Assembly (NCBI GenBank): GCA_964492125.1
Contig: CAZBJE010000001.1
Location: 4,018 to 68,017 of the forward strand
Origin: an uncultured Pseudobdellovibrionaceae bacterium
GTDB taxonomy: Bacteria > Bdellovibrionota > FAC87 > UBA2466
Length of the DNA: 64,000 bases
Direction: 5' to 3'
Shown: positions 46,491-58,500 of the stretch, in pieces
Layout of the letters: each line of letters begins with the position of its first letter
Numbering within the stretch: the first letter of the stretch is position 1
The notes under the pieces: model-generated
What the model was told of the DNA's origin: nothing
Seen by the model: only the letters and a program-made list of their open reading frames with translations
Database searches by the model: none
Made by a program: the position numbers and the translations under genes

Positions 46491-47477
46491 ATGAAAAACA
46501 AAATCAATCTTCGACTGGCGACCCAGGCAGCTTTGGAACCTTTGCGTGCGGCAGGAAGTGCACCCCCAGCCGTATTGGGGCTAGCCAAGGCCGGCCAATT
46601 GGTTTCGATGCGCCACGATATTGAAGGCGTGCATTTTGATTCTGCTTTTGTGACGCCGTACGACTTGGGGCGTAAGACATTGGCAGTGGCGCTCTTCGAA
46701 TTGGTGGGCAGCGGGGTCGTTCCGCGTCGCGTGCAGTTGACCACCGGGGTAAATCAAGCAACCACCGAGACTTTTTTAGATGAAGTGTTTCGTGGGTTTA
46801 AGAAAGTGGCGGATGAATTCGAAATCGAACTCGGTTTTGGAAATGCGTTTCACTCCCCTACCTGTTTTTTCATGAGCGTGCTCACCGTAAGCGATCGACG
46901 CCCGGCACTACCCCAGGCCAAAGCCGGCGATATCCTAGCAGTCACCGGCAAAGTAGGCGCCGCCGCCGCAGGCCTGAATGTGTTACGCCGGTTTGGTTGG
47001 CCAGCCGTAAAAGATTACTCGGAAGTAGTGAAGGCCCACTTGTGCCCCCAGCCGCCACTCGAAATGAGCTTGGCGTTGGCCAAAGCCAAATCGATCACTT
47101 CAATGACGCCCGGCATCGACGGGGCCTCAGCGGATCTGCATCGGCTTTGTGAGATGACGGGGCTGGGCATCCACTTGGACGAGGCCTCATTGCCCGTTTC
47201 TGAAGAAACCACCAAGGTAGCAGGGCTACTGGGGTCCAACCCCCGTCGCTGGGCACTCTTCGGCGGCGAAGACTACGGAATGTTTTTGACGGTGCCGGCG
47301 AAGAATTGGAAAGCGGTTCAGGCAAAGTGCCACAAAGCCGGCACCCCGCTCACTGCCGTTGGGGAATTGCGGCCCAAAGCCTACTCCATTCAAATGCAAA
47401 ATATCGAAGGCGAAAAAATTCGCCTTGCGAACCGCAGTTGGAACCCGCTGGTACGCCGGCGCATTTCGAAAAACTAG
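46491..47477 (+). CDS. thiL: thiamine-monophosphate kinase (PurM/AIR-synthase-related fold)
   Basis: PurM-like N and C domains; C-terminal RWALFGGEDYGMFLTVP matches ThiL RWALSGGEDYELCFTVP. Confidence 0.65.
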   Translation: MKNKINLRLATQAALEPLRAAGSAPPAVLGLAKAGQLVSMRHDIEGVHFDSAFVTPYDLGRKTLAVALFELVGSGVVPRRVQLTTGVNQATTETFLDEVFRGFKKVADEFEIELGFGNAFHSPTCFFMSVLTVSDRRPALPQAKAGDILAVTGKVGAAAAGLNVLRRFGWPAVKDYSEVVKAHLCPQPPLEMSLALAKAKSITSMTPGIDGASADLHRLCEMTGLGIHLDEASLPVSEETTKVAGLLGSNPRRWALFGGEDYGMFLTVPAKNWKAVQAKCHKAGTPLTAVGELRPKAYSIQMQNIEGEKIRLANRSWNPLVRRRISKN

Positions 47478-48133
47478 CCCAAAATATCTTCGTGAAAAGC
47501 GCCGAATTGGCGAGTGGGGTGCCTGAGTTGGATCTCCAAAATCCAGCGTTGCGCCGCCGGAGCGAAGTTGAGCGATTCCAAATTTCCGCGGTGGTAGAGC
47601 ACGTGCGGAAAATCTGCGATACGGTGACCGCTGGCACCTCGCAAAATAAATTCCCACCCCATAGCTTTCGCTTCGGCAGTGGCAAAAGCATAAAGCGCTC
47701 GCCCGCTTACCCCAAGATCCGCCCAATGATCGCGGACCCGCTTAAAGAGATCGCGCGCCGCTTGTGCGCAACCGAGCATCTCGGGGTCTTCCCCCACGGT
47801 AAACGTGGCACCCACGTCGGCCTCGTACCCATCGAACACGGGCCCGAAATCCAGAAAGAAAATATCGCGAGATTGCAAGCGCACGCCAGGCAAAGAGGTA
47901 TCGGAAAAAGAACGCAACGTATTAACGCCGAAGCGGACATGGGTGCGGTGCCAGAAGCGCTCAGCACCCTTCTCTTTCAAGACCTCCGCCGCGATCTCCC
48001 GGGCTTCAGTTTCCAACATACCCGGCTGCATCCGCGCGGCAATAATCTGAACAGCTTCCCAAGCGCGGGCTTGGGCCGCATCGAGTTTTTGGGGAGAAAA
48101 ATCGGCTTTAACTTTTTCGAGTTCCGGGTGCAT
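47474..48133 (-). CDS. M24-family metallopeptidase-like protein (pita-bread fold, catalytic domain only)
   Basis: 219 aa; metal-ligand pattern DFGPVFDGYEADVGATF as in MetAP/prolidase catalytic domain. Confidence 0.45.
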   Translation of the reverse strand: MHPELEKVKADFSPQKLDAAQARAWEAVQIIAARMQPGMLETEAREIAAEVLKEKGAERFWHRTHVRFGVNTLRSFSDTSLPGVRLQSRDIFFLDFGPVFDGYEADVGATFTVGEDPEMLGCAQAARDLFKRVRDHWADLGVSGRALYAFATAEAKAMGWEFILRGASGHRIADFPHVLYHRGNLESLNFAPAAQRWILEIQLRHPTRQFGAFHEDILG

Positions 48134-48818
48134 CGGAGATCCTCAGAAAGAATCTATCGAATATCTCCGGCAATTCGGCAAGTACCACTTCTTTGAGTTC
48201 CAACCCAGAGGCCGCAAGAACGCCACGCAAATGGGCCGCGGAATGCTGCTCGAAGAGACGCTGGGCGGTGGGGGCGTGACTGAGGTGCCAACGCTCGGGT
48301 TTAACACCACCCAAATCTGTTTGGTAAGGACGGTAGAAACCTTCTTCCGCCATATGCCGATCCAGCCAGTCGTGCAGATTAGAAAACATCCCACCCGGAT
48401 CCACTTCCGCCGGAATCAACTGAACTTGGTACCGCGGGGGCACGGAAAGACGATCGATCACGTCCAAGTCGGTGCCCCAGTGGTGGCGTGAGGCGCCGGG
48501 CAACGCGGACCATTGAAGGATCGCAAACACGATTTGCTTAGGCGTAAGGCGGCCAAAATCTAGTGGATGCCCTTGGGCGTCCAGCAAAGCACGCTGCCCC
48601 GTCGCTTTCTGATTCCAAATGCGCATCTGGGCGTCAAAGCCGCGAAAGGTACTCACGGCCTCCAGTTCGAACCCAGCGCGGAATGCTTTGGCGCGCAGCC
48701 GCTCAAACGGGGCTGCCACTTCGTGGTGAACCAGGAATTTGGAGTCCGGCAAAGGCACCAGATGCGCTTCGGTTTGACCCGTCAGCACCCGTTGATCGTC
48801 GCGAATTTCGGGTTTCAC
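48108..48818 (-). CDS. M15-family D-Ala-D-Ala dipeptidase/carboxypeptidase-like protein (VanX/VanY fold)
   Basis: SxHxxGxAxD-type zinc motif (ASRHHWGTDLDV); 236 aa. Confidence 0.5.
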   Translation of the reverse strand: MKPEIRDDQRVLTGQTEAHLVPLPDSKFLVHHEVAAPFERLRAKAFRAGFELEAVSTFRGFDAQMRIWNQKATGQRALLDAQGHPLDFGRLTPKQIVFAILQWSALPGASRHHWGTDLDVIDRLSVPPRYQVQLIPAEVDPGGMFSNLHDWLDRHMAEEGFYRPYQTDLGGVKPERWHLSHAPTAQRLFEQHSAAHLRGVLAASGLELKEVVLAELPEIFDRFFLRISDAPGTRKS

Positions 48819-48973
48819 AAGACTAGTGTATCGCGTATTCCCATTGTAATCACAGGGGTTTTCGGGTGCCCTTTTTCGTCACCGTGGCTAGCAAAACAAT
48901 GTCGAATTGTTTCCAGCAATAACTGCCTCAATCACTCCCAAGCCTAGTTCCCGACGCCGGGCCAGTGGCATAG

Positions 48974-49465
<492 letters not shown>

Positions 49466-49505
49466 AGCCTTTCAATATTACCGACCCCGCGGGTCGGAGG
49501 GCGCG

Positions 49506-50006
49506 TTAGATACGCATCGCCACTCCGACCTGCGGGTAGAAGGTAACGTTTAGGCCGAAAAGTCCGACGTTCGTGCGAAAGAAAAGATCCACGCTCTGAG
49601 TGAGCATGAATTCAAAGCCCGGGTTGATCAGCAGCATAAACTCCACGAGCTTATTGCCGTTTCCAAAACCCAACACAATCCCCATACCCATTCCCAATGT
49701 CGGCACGATTGTCCGACTCATCGGGAATCGTTCGTAGGCCATCACAACGGCCGGAACCAAAAATCCCACGCCTGGCGCAGTTTGAACAAAAAATCCTGAA
49801 TCAAGCCCGAAATAGAGATCGCGTCTCGATTTGATCAAGTTGAAGGATCCCGAGAGCCCGACCCCCGGGGCGCTCATAGATCCTGCCACAATAAACCCGG
49901 GCCCTACATGTCCCACTCGCGATGCACCTGAAGCTCCGCCAGCGGCGAAGGCCGGCAAAGCCCATAGAAGCGCCAGTGCGCCGACGACAGCTACCCGATA
50001 TCTCAT
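49506..50006 (-). CDS. putative small outer-membrane/secreted protein
   Basis: Start set at internal ATG (MRYRVAVVGALALLWALPAFAAGG signal); Gly-rich amphipathic strands; longer ORF-track version overlaps the divergent GATase gene. Confidence 0.35.
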   Translation of the reverse strand: MRYRVAVVGALALLWALPAFAAGGASGASRVGHVGPGFIVAGSMSAPGVGLSGSFNLIKSRRDLYFGLDSGFFVQTAPGVGFLVPAVVMAYERFPMSRTIVPTLGMGMGIVLGFGNGNKLVEFMLLINPGFEFMLTQSVDLFFRTNVGLFGLNVTFYPQVGVAMRI

Positions 50007-50096
50007 GCTAAGATCTTTCAGCCGGCGTCCGAAGCCGTCAACGCTTTTGGCTGGCACCCCCTGACGCAAAGCGATACACCCAATTGAGGAGGCCAC

Positions 50097-50759
50097 TTGA
50101 TTCGACAGATTGCGGTGATTGATCCGGCTGTAAAAACCGCCGAAACAGACTGCTTTAACCGACTGGTCATGGAAAGCCCGCTGCCGCTTACCTACCATTT
50201 GCCCAAGATTGGGGGCATGGATTCCTTGCTCGGCCTCCACGGAGAACTGGCGGGGATTATCGTTTTGGGCAGCGGCAGTAGCGTCAATGACGCCGAACCC
50301 TGGCAGCTGGCCATGAATCAGTGGCTCAAACCCCAGATGGATAAGGGAGTCCCCACCATCGGGCTTTGTTACGGCCATCAACTCATTGCCCACCTTTTCG
50401 GGGCCAAGGTAGATTTTATCTTTGCCGACAAACACAAACACCTGGGCTTCCGCACCGTTTCGCTAAAGGCCAATCGCCTTTGGGACAACCACGCCATGGA
50501 CGGTGAACTGGTGGTATCGCACCGTGAGCAAGTAGTGGATTGCCCACCCGGCTTTGAAATTGTCGGATGCAGTCCCGAAATCAAGGTGGACGCGTTAGCA
50601 CACAAAAGCTTGCCGATCTGGAGTTTCCAGTCGCACCCTGAAAGCACCGCGAGCTTTCTGAAAAGCCAGGGCATCCCTCTGCCCAGCCAGGCGAACCGGC
50701 TCTGCTTCGGGCACGCTATTATGGGAGATTTTTTGAAGTTTGTGGCGGGGCGGACTTAA
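50097..50759 (+). CDS. class I glutamine amidotransferase-like protein
   Basis: Catalytic triad context GLCYGHQ (Cys) and SFQSHPE (His/Glu); 220 aa. Confidence 0.7.
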   Translation: MIRQIAVIDPAVKTAETDCFNRLVMESPLPLTYHLPKIGGMDSLLGLHGELAGIIVLGSGSSVNDAEPWQLAMNQWLKPQMDKGVPTIGLCYGHQLIAHLFGAKVDFIFADKHKHLGFRTVSLKANRLWDNHAMDGELVVSHREQVVDCPPGFEIVGCSPEIKVDALAHKSLPIWSFQSHPESTASFLKSQGIPLPSQANRLCFGHAIMGDFLKFVAGRT

Positions 50760-50768
50760 CGTTCGCCG

Positions 50769-52718
50769 CTACGCAACTTGGTTCGCGGGGCGTGGCTGAG
50801 TTACATCGAATATTTTCTTCTCGACAAAAATTTCATACAACACTGGATCCAACTGCCCGGCGGCTACTTCCCGAGCCAAGATATCCAATGCCTTTTGGGT
50901 AGGCACAGCTTCCTTGTACCAGCGATCAGCGGCAGTGAGCGCATCGAAAATATCGGCGATCGTCATGATTTTTGATTGCAAAGGAATTTCATGCGAGGTC
51001 AAACCGCGCGGGTACCCGCTGCCGTCTAGTTTTTCATGGTGGCAGTAGGCAATCTCCGGCAGATGGCGGAAATCCTTCGTCCACGGGATCATTTTCAAAA
51101 ATTGGTACGTGTGGCGAACATGCGACTCAATTTCAAGCCGTTCGCTATCAGTGAGCGATCCCTGGGCGACGGAGAGCGCGTGGTACTCTTCCTCGGTAAG
51201 AACGGAAATCGGTGTACCGTCGGGTAAGAGCATTTGCTCGTGACGAATGCGTTCCAACCCGGCTTTGTTTTCTTTTTTGAGCACGTTCGGCTCATTGGCC
51301 GCAATAATGACGGCCCAATAATATTCGATTTCTTCCAGGCGCCGTTGGTAATCCTGCTCCGCTTTGGCAGCGTTGCCGCCTTTTAACTGAGTTTCCAAGA
51401 ACGCAATTTTAGCGGCGGCCTTACAAATTTTGACACGTTCTTTCACGGCTTCGAGTTGGTAAGAGTGCAGCTTTTTGGCTTTCACCAGAACTTCTTCGCG
51501 TACGCCGATTTTACCGAAATCGTGTAGCAGAGCCGCGTATTCCAACTCCCGAATTTCCTCTTCTTTAAAACGGACCGACCGATAGATCCCGGTGGTGACA
51601 TCGTTGGTGGCGCGAGCCAAGCCCACGCAGAGTTTCGCAACCCGTTCGGAGTGCCCGCCGGTGCTGGGATCGCGTGCTTCAATCGCGGTAATCGAGGCTT
51701 TGATGAAGCCTTCGAATAGGCGTTGAATATCGGCGTATAAATCGAGGTTCTCCAAGCAGATTGCGGCTTGGGTAGCAAATGAGGAGAGCAGGCTCTCGTC
51801 CCCAATTTCAAACGAGCAAATGGGGCTCGCAGAATCATGGGCATCTTCTTTTTTATTGGCCAATTGCAAAACGGCGGTAATTTCATTGCGACCGTTTTTC
51901 AGCGGAACCGTCAAAACCGAGCGTGTGGCTGACGTACCGGAGTAATCCACCGTCTTCTGCCACTGTGGCACAGTGAGGGGCACGAGCTTTTCAATGTCGG
52001 AAATATTGGAGGACTTGGCGGTCATCGCGACGTAACCGCAAACGCTTGTCTCAACCACCTTGAGCATTTGCTCGGTGAAATGGACTTCTTTCCCCCGCTC
52101 GACTGAAATCTTGATCCGGAAATAGAGTTCGCCATCCACTTCCTGGATCATGTACAGGGTGCCGCCCTCGGCGCCCGTGAGATCCAAACTGCGACGCAGA
52201 ATAGTGGCAAGCAATCGCTGAGGATTGCGCTCCGCCGACAAATCGATGAAAATTTCGTTCAGCTGCTCGAGAGTGCGGCGATCGACTCCGGGCTTGCTGG
52301 TGTCTTCCGCCCGTACCAATTGGCGCACAGCACGTAGCAAGTGAAACGCGAGATCGCGTTTCGCATCCCGATCGGAGAGCACTTCTAATAGCTCCACAAA
52401 ACCCGAACGCTGCGAAAGAAACTCCGAGGGCTTTTCGGCCACCACCACCAAGCCGTAGCTGAGCGAGTTGTCATCGCGCAACCGCCGTTTGAAGAGTTCC
52501 AAAACAGCCAAAAAATGCTCTGCCGAAACCAGAACAATCAGACGGAGTTTTTCCGTGCGCGCCGTTTCCAAAGCCGCCAACAATTCGTCATTCACCTTGG
52601 TTTGGACCGTGCGCCAATCAGGCGGAAACGCCAAACCCTCGGTCAGGGCCGACAGGTGAACGAGGAAGAGGGACTTTTTGGAATGAATGCCTAAGGAGCC
52701 AAGCATGCGAGACCTCAA
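50769..52718 (-). CDS. multi-domain signalling protein with GAF-like region and C-terminal HD-GYP phosphodiesterase domain
   Basis: HD motif AALLHDFGK, metal-ligand HHEKLDGSGYPRGL (HD-GYP signature GYP); 649 aa. Confidence 0.75.
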   Translation of the reverse strand: MRSRMLGSLGIHSKKSLFLVHLSALTEGLAFPPDWRTVQTKVNDELLAALETARTEKLRLIVLVSAEHFLAVLELFKRRLRDDNSLSYGLVVVAEKPSEFLSQRSGFVELLEVLSDRDAKRDLAFHLLRAVRQLVRAEDTSKPGVDRRTLEQLNEIFIDLSAERNPQRLLATILRRSLDLTGAEGGTLYMIQEVDGELYFRIKISVERGKEVHFTEQMLKVVETSVCGYVAMTAKSSNISDIEKLVPLTVPQWQKTVDYSGTSATRSVLTVPLKNGRNEITAVLQLANKKEDAHDSASPICSFEIGDESLLSSFATQAAICLENLDLYADIQRLFEGFIKASITAIEARDPSTGGHSERVAKLCVGLARATNDVTTGIYRSVRFKEEEIRELEYAALLHDFGKIGVREEVLVKAKKLHSYQLEAVKERVKICKAAAKIAFLETQLKGGNAAKAEQDYQRRLEEIEYYWAVIIAANEPNVLKKENKAGLERIRHEQMLLPDGTPISVLTEEEYHALSVAQGSLTDSERLEIESHVRHTYQFLKMIPWTKDFRHLPEIAYCHHEKLDGSGYPRGLTSHEIPLQSKIMTIADIFDALTAADRWYKEAVPTQKALDILAREVAAGQLDPVLYEIFVEKKIFDVTQPRPANQVA

Positions 52719-52970
52719 AAGCTTTTCGGTAAATAGGCAGGAAACCGTGAGGAAAAGCAGGCTGGAATGTTTGGGGATGACGCGGTGCTAAGCGATTGTT
52801 TTGATATGGTTAATAGCTGGAGAAGGAAGATCGGCCAGCCGCTAGCGGCTATCAGGGAACGGGTTTCCGGGATCAGCGACCGGGGACCGGTGGTCGGCGA
52901 GTCGAGCATCTAGCGGATCCCTCTGAGTGCAGTCTACCGATCCCAGTTCCCGGAATCCCGTTCCCCGATA

Positions 52971-52996
52971 GCTGCTGGCTGCTGGCTGCTGGCTGA
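52971..52996. repeat. 7-bp tandem repeat (GCTGGCT)x3.4
   Basis: Read directly: gctgctggctgctggctgctggctga immediately 3' of the recG stop. Confidence 0.5.
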
Positions 52997-52998
52997 TC

Positions 52999-55080
52999 TT
53001 AGTAGCCGCCTTGAAGGCGTTCGATTTTATCTTTCCACCGATTCTCAACCACGCCCCGAATGAGTTTATTCTCGGGCTTGGACAAGTCCGGGTCGTTTAG
53101 GAGCAGAGCCACGGCCTCTTCGCGCGCCTTCCCCAACAACGCTCCATCCTGGACGATATGCCCTGCCCTAAATCCCGGCAGGCCACTCTGGTGCGTTCCC
53201 AAGAATTCCCCGGGGCCGCGGAACTTCAGGTCTTCTTCTGCGATCTCAAACCCGTCTTCACTTTGCTCCATGATTCGCAAACGCGGCGGCACGCTGTCTT
53301 CCACCATCAGAATACACTCGGAGGGTAATTCACCCCGCCCTACCCGTCCACGCAACTGGTGTAGCTGCGAAAGTCCCAAACGCTCGGGGTGTTCAATCAC
53401 CATCAAAGTCGCATTGGCGACGTCGATACCCACTTCGATTACAGTGGTGGAAACGAGCATGCGGTATTTTCCGGCCTTGAAGTCGGACAGAATCAGGTCC
53501 TTCTCCTCCGGCTTCATCCGCCCGTGCAGCAAGGCCACCGAGAACTCTGGGAAAACTTCCTTACTCAGTGCCTGGTGCATTCGGGTGGCAGATTTAAGAT
53601 CCAGCTTTTCGGAATCCTCGACCAACGGATAAATGAAGTAGACCTGCTCGCCGCGTTTGAGAAATCCGCGGATTTTTGAATACAGAGTGGGCCGATCTTT
53701 CTCGCGCAAGATACGGGTGACAATCGGTTTGCGATTGGCCGGCTTCTCCCGGATCCAAGTAAGATCCAGATCACCGTAGATGGTCAGAGCGAGTGTCCGA
53801 GGAATGGGAGTGGCAGTCATCATCAGCAAGTGAGGCACGCCGTGCACTGACTTGCGCATCAATTCACCCCGCTGCTCCACTCCAAAACGGTGTTGCTCAT
53901 CGACAATCACCAGTCCCAAATCTTTAAACTTCACCCGCTCCTGAAAAAGCGCATGCGTGCCGATGACTACCTTCGCAAAACCACTTTCGACCACTTGGCG
54001 GTATTCCAACTGCGAAGCTGTCTCCTGAGAAAATAAAACGCAGGGAACTCCAAGCGGCGCCAGAAGCTTTTCGGCGGTGCGCAGGTGCTGCTGGGCCAAG
54101 ATTTCGGTAGGAGCCATGATAGCGGTTTGCACGCCCTGGCTGGCAGCCACGCAGGCCGCAGCTAAGGCTACGACGGTTTTCCCCGATCCCACGTCGCCTT
54201 GAATCAGCCGGGTCATCGATTGCGATTTGGCCATGTCGCTTACAATGGCGGCGACGGCAGCTTTCTGATCGCCGGTCAAATCAAAGGGCAATCCGGCATT
54301 GAATTTGGGCAAAAGGTTTTTGACGTCGATAAGCGGACGCGCTTTTTCCTTCTTGCGCAGTTCTTTTTTCAGACCCAAACCCAGCTGCAGCACGAAAAAT
54401 TCTTCAAAGGCAATCCGTCGAAAGGGAGCCTCTTGGCGACCTTCCTCGGGAAAGTCTTTGGGAAAATGCAGCGCCACGAAACTCTCCCGCAGCGAGGGAA
54501 GCTTGAGGCGACCGCGCATATCTTCAGACAGCGGTTCGTCCAGTTCACCCAAAGACTCTTTAAGAACCTGGGCCATTATCCGGCGCACTGTTTTTTGGTG
54601 CAGCCCTTCGGTCTCGCTGTAAATCGGGACTACCCGCCCAAAGTGATAGGAGGGAATCGGCCGGCCGTCTTGCGTTTCTTTGACCACTTCATAATCGGGG
54701 TGAGTCATGCGCGCAAAGCCGCCAAAGAAAGTCACTTCGCCGTGCACCAGCACCTGCTTGCCGTCGGCAAAATCTTCCTTCAACGAGGGAAAAGAGCGGA
54801 ACCAAAACAGGCGAATTCCACCGGTTGGGTCGAGACCCGTCACTTCAAAACGGGCAGTGCGGCCCTGGCGGGCTTCTCGCCCCCCCTTACAGGTGATCAT
54901 CAGAGTAGCCGTCTGGCCAGCGACGAGATCTTTTATGGGAGTGAGCTTACGGCGATCTTCGTACGCACGCGGCAAGAAATACAGCGCGTCTTCAACCGTA
55001 CGGATGCCTTTTTTGGACAGGAGCCGCGCCGCTTGCGGACCGACGTATTTGATCGTTCCAATAGGCGCGGAGAGGTCCAC
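52999..55080 (-). CDS. recG: ATP-dependent DNA helicase RecG
   Basis: 693 aa; wedge domain then SF2 helicase motifs (DVGSGKT, DEQHRFG, TATPIPRT). Confidence 0.9.
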   Translation of the reverse strand: MDLSAPIGTIKYVGPQAARLLSKKGIRTVEDALYFLPRAYEDRRKLTPIKDLVAGQTATLMITCKGGREARQGRTARFEVTGLDPTGGIRLFWFRSFPSLKEDFADGKQVLVHGEVTFFGGFARMTHPDYEVVKETQDGRPIPSYHFGRVVPIYSETEGLHQKTVRRIMAQVLKESLGELDEPLSEDMRGRLKLPSLRESFVALHFPKDFPEEGRQEAPFRRIAFEEFFVLQLGLGLKKELRKKEKARPLIDVKNLLPKFNAGLPFDLTGDQKAAVAAIVSDMAKSQSMTRLIQGDVGSGKTVVALAAACVAASQGVQTAIMAPTEILAQQHLRTAEKLLAPLGVPCVLFSQETASQLEYRQVVESGFAKVVIGTHALFQERVKFKDLGLVIVDEQHRFGVEQRGELMRKSVHGVPHLLMMTATPIPRTLALTIYGDLDLTWIREKPANRKPIVTRILREKDRPTLYSKIRGFLKRGEQVYFIYPLVEDSEKLDLKSATRMHQALSKEVFPEFSVALLHGRMKPEEKDLILSDFKAGKYRMLVSTTVIEVGIDVANATLMVIEHPERLGLSQLHQLRGRVGRGELPSECILMVEDSVPPRLRIMEQSEDGFEIAEEDLKFRGPGEFLGTHQSGLPGFRAGHIVQDGALLGKAREEAVALLLNDPDLSKPENKLIRGVVENRWKDKIERLQGGY

Positions 55081-55087
55081 TTGATTC

Positions 55088-55561
55088 CTAAACGTATTTT
55101 ACGGACAGGACCTCGTACTCTACTTGGCCCTTCGGGACTCGAACCGTTACGGTATCGCCGGCTTCTTTATTTAGCAACTGGCGCGCGACCGGAGAGTCGA
55201 TGGACAAGCGACCTTCGTGGACATTGGATTCATCCGAACCGACGATCTGAAAAACTTTTTTCTCGTCGCTATCCACGTCGAGCAATTCGACTGTAGCGCC
55301 AAACACAATTTTGGTGGTGTTCAACTCGAGGTAGTTAATTACCTGAGCGCGCGCCAACTTATCGTCGATTTCCTTAATGCGGCCTTCGATGAACGACTGC
55401 TTTTCCTTCGCGGCATCGTACTCCGCGTTTTCGGACAAGTCGCCGTGGGCGCGTGCGGTTGCAATGGCTTCAATCACCCGAGGCCGTTCGACCGTCTTGA
55501 GGTGCTTGATTTCGTCTTCTAACTTTTTCTTACCCTGCGGGGTCATCGGAACCGAACTCAT
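55088..55561 (-). CDS. greA: transcription elongation factor GreA
   Basis: N-terminal coiled-coil with acidic tip (GDLSENAEYDAAKE) and C-terminal FKBP-like domain; 157 aa. Confidence 0.9.
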   Translation of the reverse strand: MSSVPMTPQGKKKLEDEIKHLKTVERPRVIEAIATARAHGDLSENAEYDAAKEKQSFIEGRIKEIDDKLARAQVINYLELNTTKIVFGATVELLDVDSDEKKVFQIVGSDESNVHEGRLSIDSPVARQLLNKEAGDTVTVRVPKGQVEYEVLSVKYV

Positions 55562-58500
55562 CTAAACTCTCTCCTGCAAACAGTGCGTTTCTAGGCTATT
55601 GCGCTTGTACTCCAAAATTGCCTGGGCGCCCGCTCGGGCCGAAGCAATCGTCGTAAAGTAGCACAGGTTGCGCATTAATGTCGCACGGCGTAATTCGTAG
55701 GCCGCCCCGACTTCATGCACTCCCAAGGCAGAGGTGTTTATAACAAGTTGAATTTCATCATTCTTAATGCGGTCGACCACATGGGGCCGTCCCTCATTCA
55801 CTTTATTAACGACCGCGACTTTGAAGCCACGTTCTTCTAAATACGCGCAAGTGCCGCGCGTACCGCAAAGCTCAAAACCGAGATCCAAAAGCTGTTGGGC
55901 AATCGGCAAAAGGGCGGCCTTATCGGCGTCTTTTACGCTCAAAAAGGCCCGCCCTGTGACTGGCAAGCGGAAGCCTGCGCCGATCATCGCCTTGCCGAAC
56001 GCCTCGGCAAAATTCTTACCCACGCCCATTACTTCCCCGGTGGAGCGCATTTCGGGACCGAGCACTATGTCGGTGCCAGGAAAGCGGTTAAAGGGGAATA
56101 CGGCTTCTTTTACATAAACCAGATTCCCGCCCGCCGGCTTAATGGGAAACTCTTTGAGTTTGCGGCCGAGCATGATTTTCATGGCGATCGTGGAGTACGG
56201 CACGCCCCGAGCCTTGCTCGAAAAGGGAACCGTGCGCGACGCACGCGGGTTTACTTCCAAAATGAAAATCTTTCCATTTTCGATAGCAAACTGAATATTG
56301 ATTAGCCCTTTCACATCCAGCGCCAAAGCCATGGCTCTGGTCTGGCGTTCGAGCTCCTGCACGGTTTCGGGGGCGATGGTTTGTACCGGCAACACGCAAG
56401 CAGAGTCACCAGAGTGCACTCCCGCTTCTTGGATTTGCTCCAAGGTACCGCAGATCAAAACGTCGGTACCGTCGCAGACGGCGTCGACGTCCACTTCGAT
56501 GGCATTGTTCAAGAACCGATCGATGAGCAGCGGCATTTCCACGCTCATCTCCACACCCCGTGACAGCCAACGATCAAAATCGCGGGTGTTGTAAAGAATT
56601 TCCATGCCGCCGCCGCCTAGGACGAACGAAGGGCGAACCAGCAGCGGAAAACCGAGCTTCTCGGCGGCTTCGGCAGCCTGCTCCCGACGCGTAACAATCA
56701 AACTATTGGGTTGGCTGATGGCCAAACGGTTGCACAGATCTCGAAATTTATCTCGGTCCTCGGCGATATCAATGGCATCGGCGGAGGTTCCCAAGATGGG
56801 GTAGCCATGCTTGAAAAGTTTACGGCTTAGATTCAGCGGGGTTTGCCCGCCGAAATGCACCACGGTGCCCAGTGCTTTTTCACGGTCGAGAATTTCGGAG
56901 ATATCTTCGAAAAACAGAGGCTCGAAATACAGCTTATCGCTGACATCATAGTCGGTGCTAACCGTCTCGGGGTTGCAGTTGACCATGATCGATTCATAGC
57001 CCTCTTCGCGCAACGCCATGGCCGCACGCACGCAGCAGTAATCAAACTCGATACCCTGCCCAATTCGGTTGGGGCCACCGCCCAAAATGACGACTTTTTT
57101 GCGGCCCGTATCTTTCACCGGGTCGGACGTGGGTTCGTATGTCGAATACAGATACGGGGTTTCGGATTCAAACTCCGCCGCACACGTATCCACCATTTTG
57201 TAGCTAGGGCGAATCTTGAGAGAATGACGGTGGGCACGCACTTGGTCTTCGGTGCTACCGATAAAATGGGCAATACCCGCATCAGAGAAGCCTTTGCGCT
57301 TCCAACCCAGAAGCTCTTTGTGGGGGATCGCGTTTAGCCGCCCCTTCCACTCCGCCATTTTGGATTCGGTTTCGACCAAACGGTGAATTTGGCGCAAGAA
57401 CCAGGGGTCGATCTTAGTAATCGCCGCAATCTCTTCGACGCTTAATCCTTCGCGCATCCCTTGCGCCAGCCAGAGCAAGCGATCGGCCTTGGCGTTCTTG
57501 ATGTAGTTGCGGATGCCATCGACCCAGTTTTGGCCGGAGCGCAGCTTGCGGCGATCCCCAAAGGGTTGAAAGCCCCAAACCTTCGTTTCCAAAGAGCGCA
57601 GTGCTTTCTGCACGGACTCCTGAAAAGTGCGGCCGAAAGCCATGGCTTCGCCGACCGAGCGCATCGACGGCGAAAGCTTCGAATCCGAGCGCGGGAATTT
57701 CTCAAAAGCGAAACGAGGAATCTTGGTCACTACATAGTCGATGCTCGGCTCAAAGCAAGACAGCGTTTTTTTGGTGATGTCGTTGTGAATTTCGTCGAGC
57801 GTGTAACCGATGGCCAACTTAGTAGCGATTTTGGCGATCGGAAAACCGGTGGCCTTAGACGCCAAAGCAGAACTGCGCGATACCCGCGGGTTCATTTCGA
57901 TGGCCACCAAACGACCGGTTTTGGGGCAAACCCCAAATTGCACGTTGGCGCCGCCCGTTTCCACGCCCACTTCGCGGATGATGCGAATCGCGGCATCGCG
58001 CATTTTCTGGTACTCGACGTCGGTAAGAGTTTGGGCCGGAGCAACGGTGATGCTGTCGCCGGTGTGGACTCCCATCGGATCAAAATTTTCGATAGAGCAG
58101 ACAATAACGACGTTGTCTTTGAGATCGCGCACGACCTCGAGCTCGTATTCTTTCCACCCTAGAACGGATTCATCGATCAGCACTTCGCCTACCGGGCTTG
58201 CTTCCAAACCCTTGGCGACCTCGGTGACAAATTCTTCGATGTTATAGGCTACCGAGGCTCCCGTACCGCCCATTGTATAAGAGGGCCGGATAACGCAAGG
58301 AAAGCCGGTCATCTCTACGACCTTCTTGCCTTCATCGATTGATTTAACCGCCCCGCACTTCGGGTATTCCACGCCGCAGCGATCGAGAACGCCCTTGAAT
58401 AAGTCGCGGTTTTCGCCCAACTCGATCGAGCGCACTTTCGCGCCGATGAGCTCTACGCCATATTTTTCTAGTGTGCCTGATTTGGCGAGCTGCATGGCCA

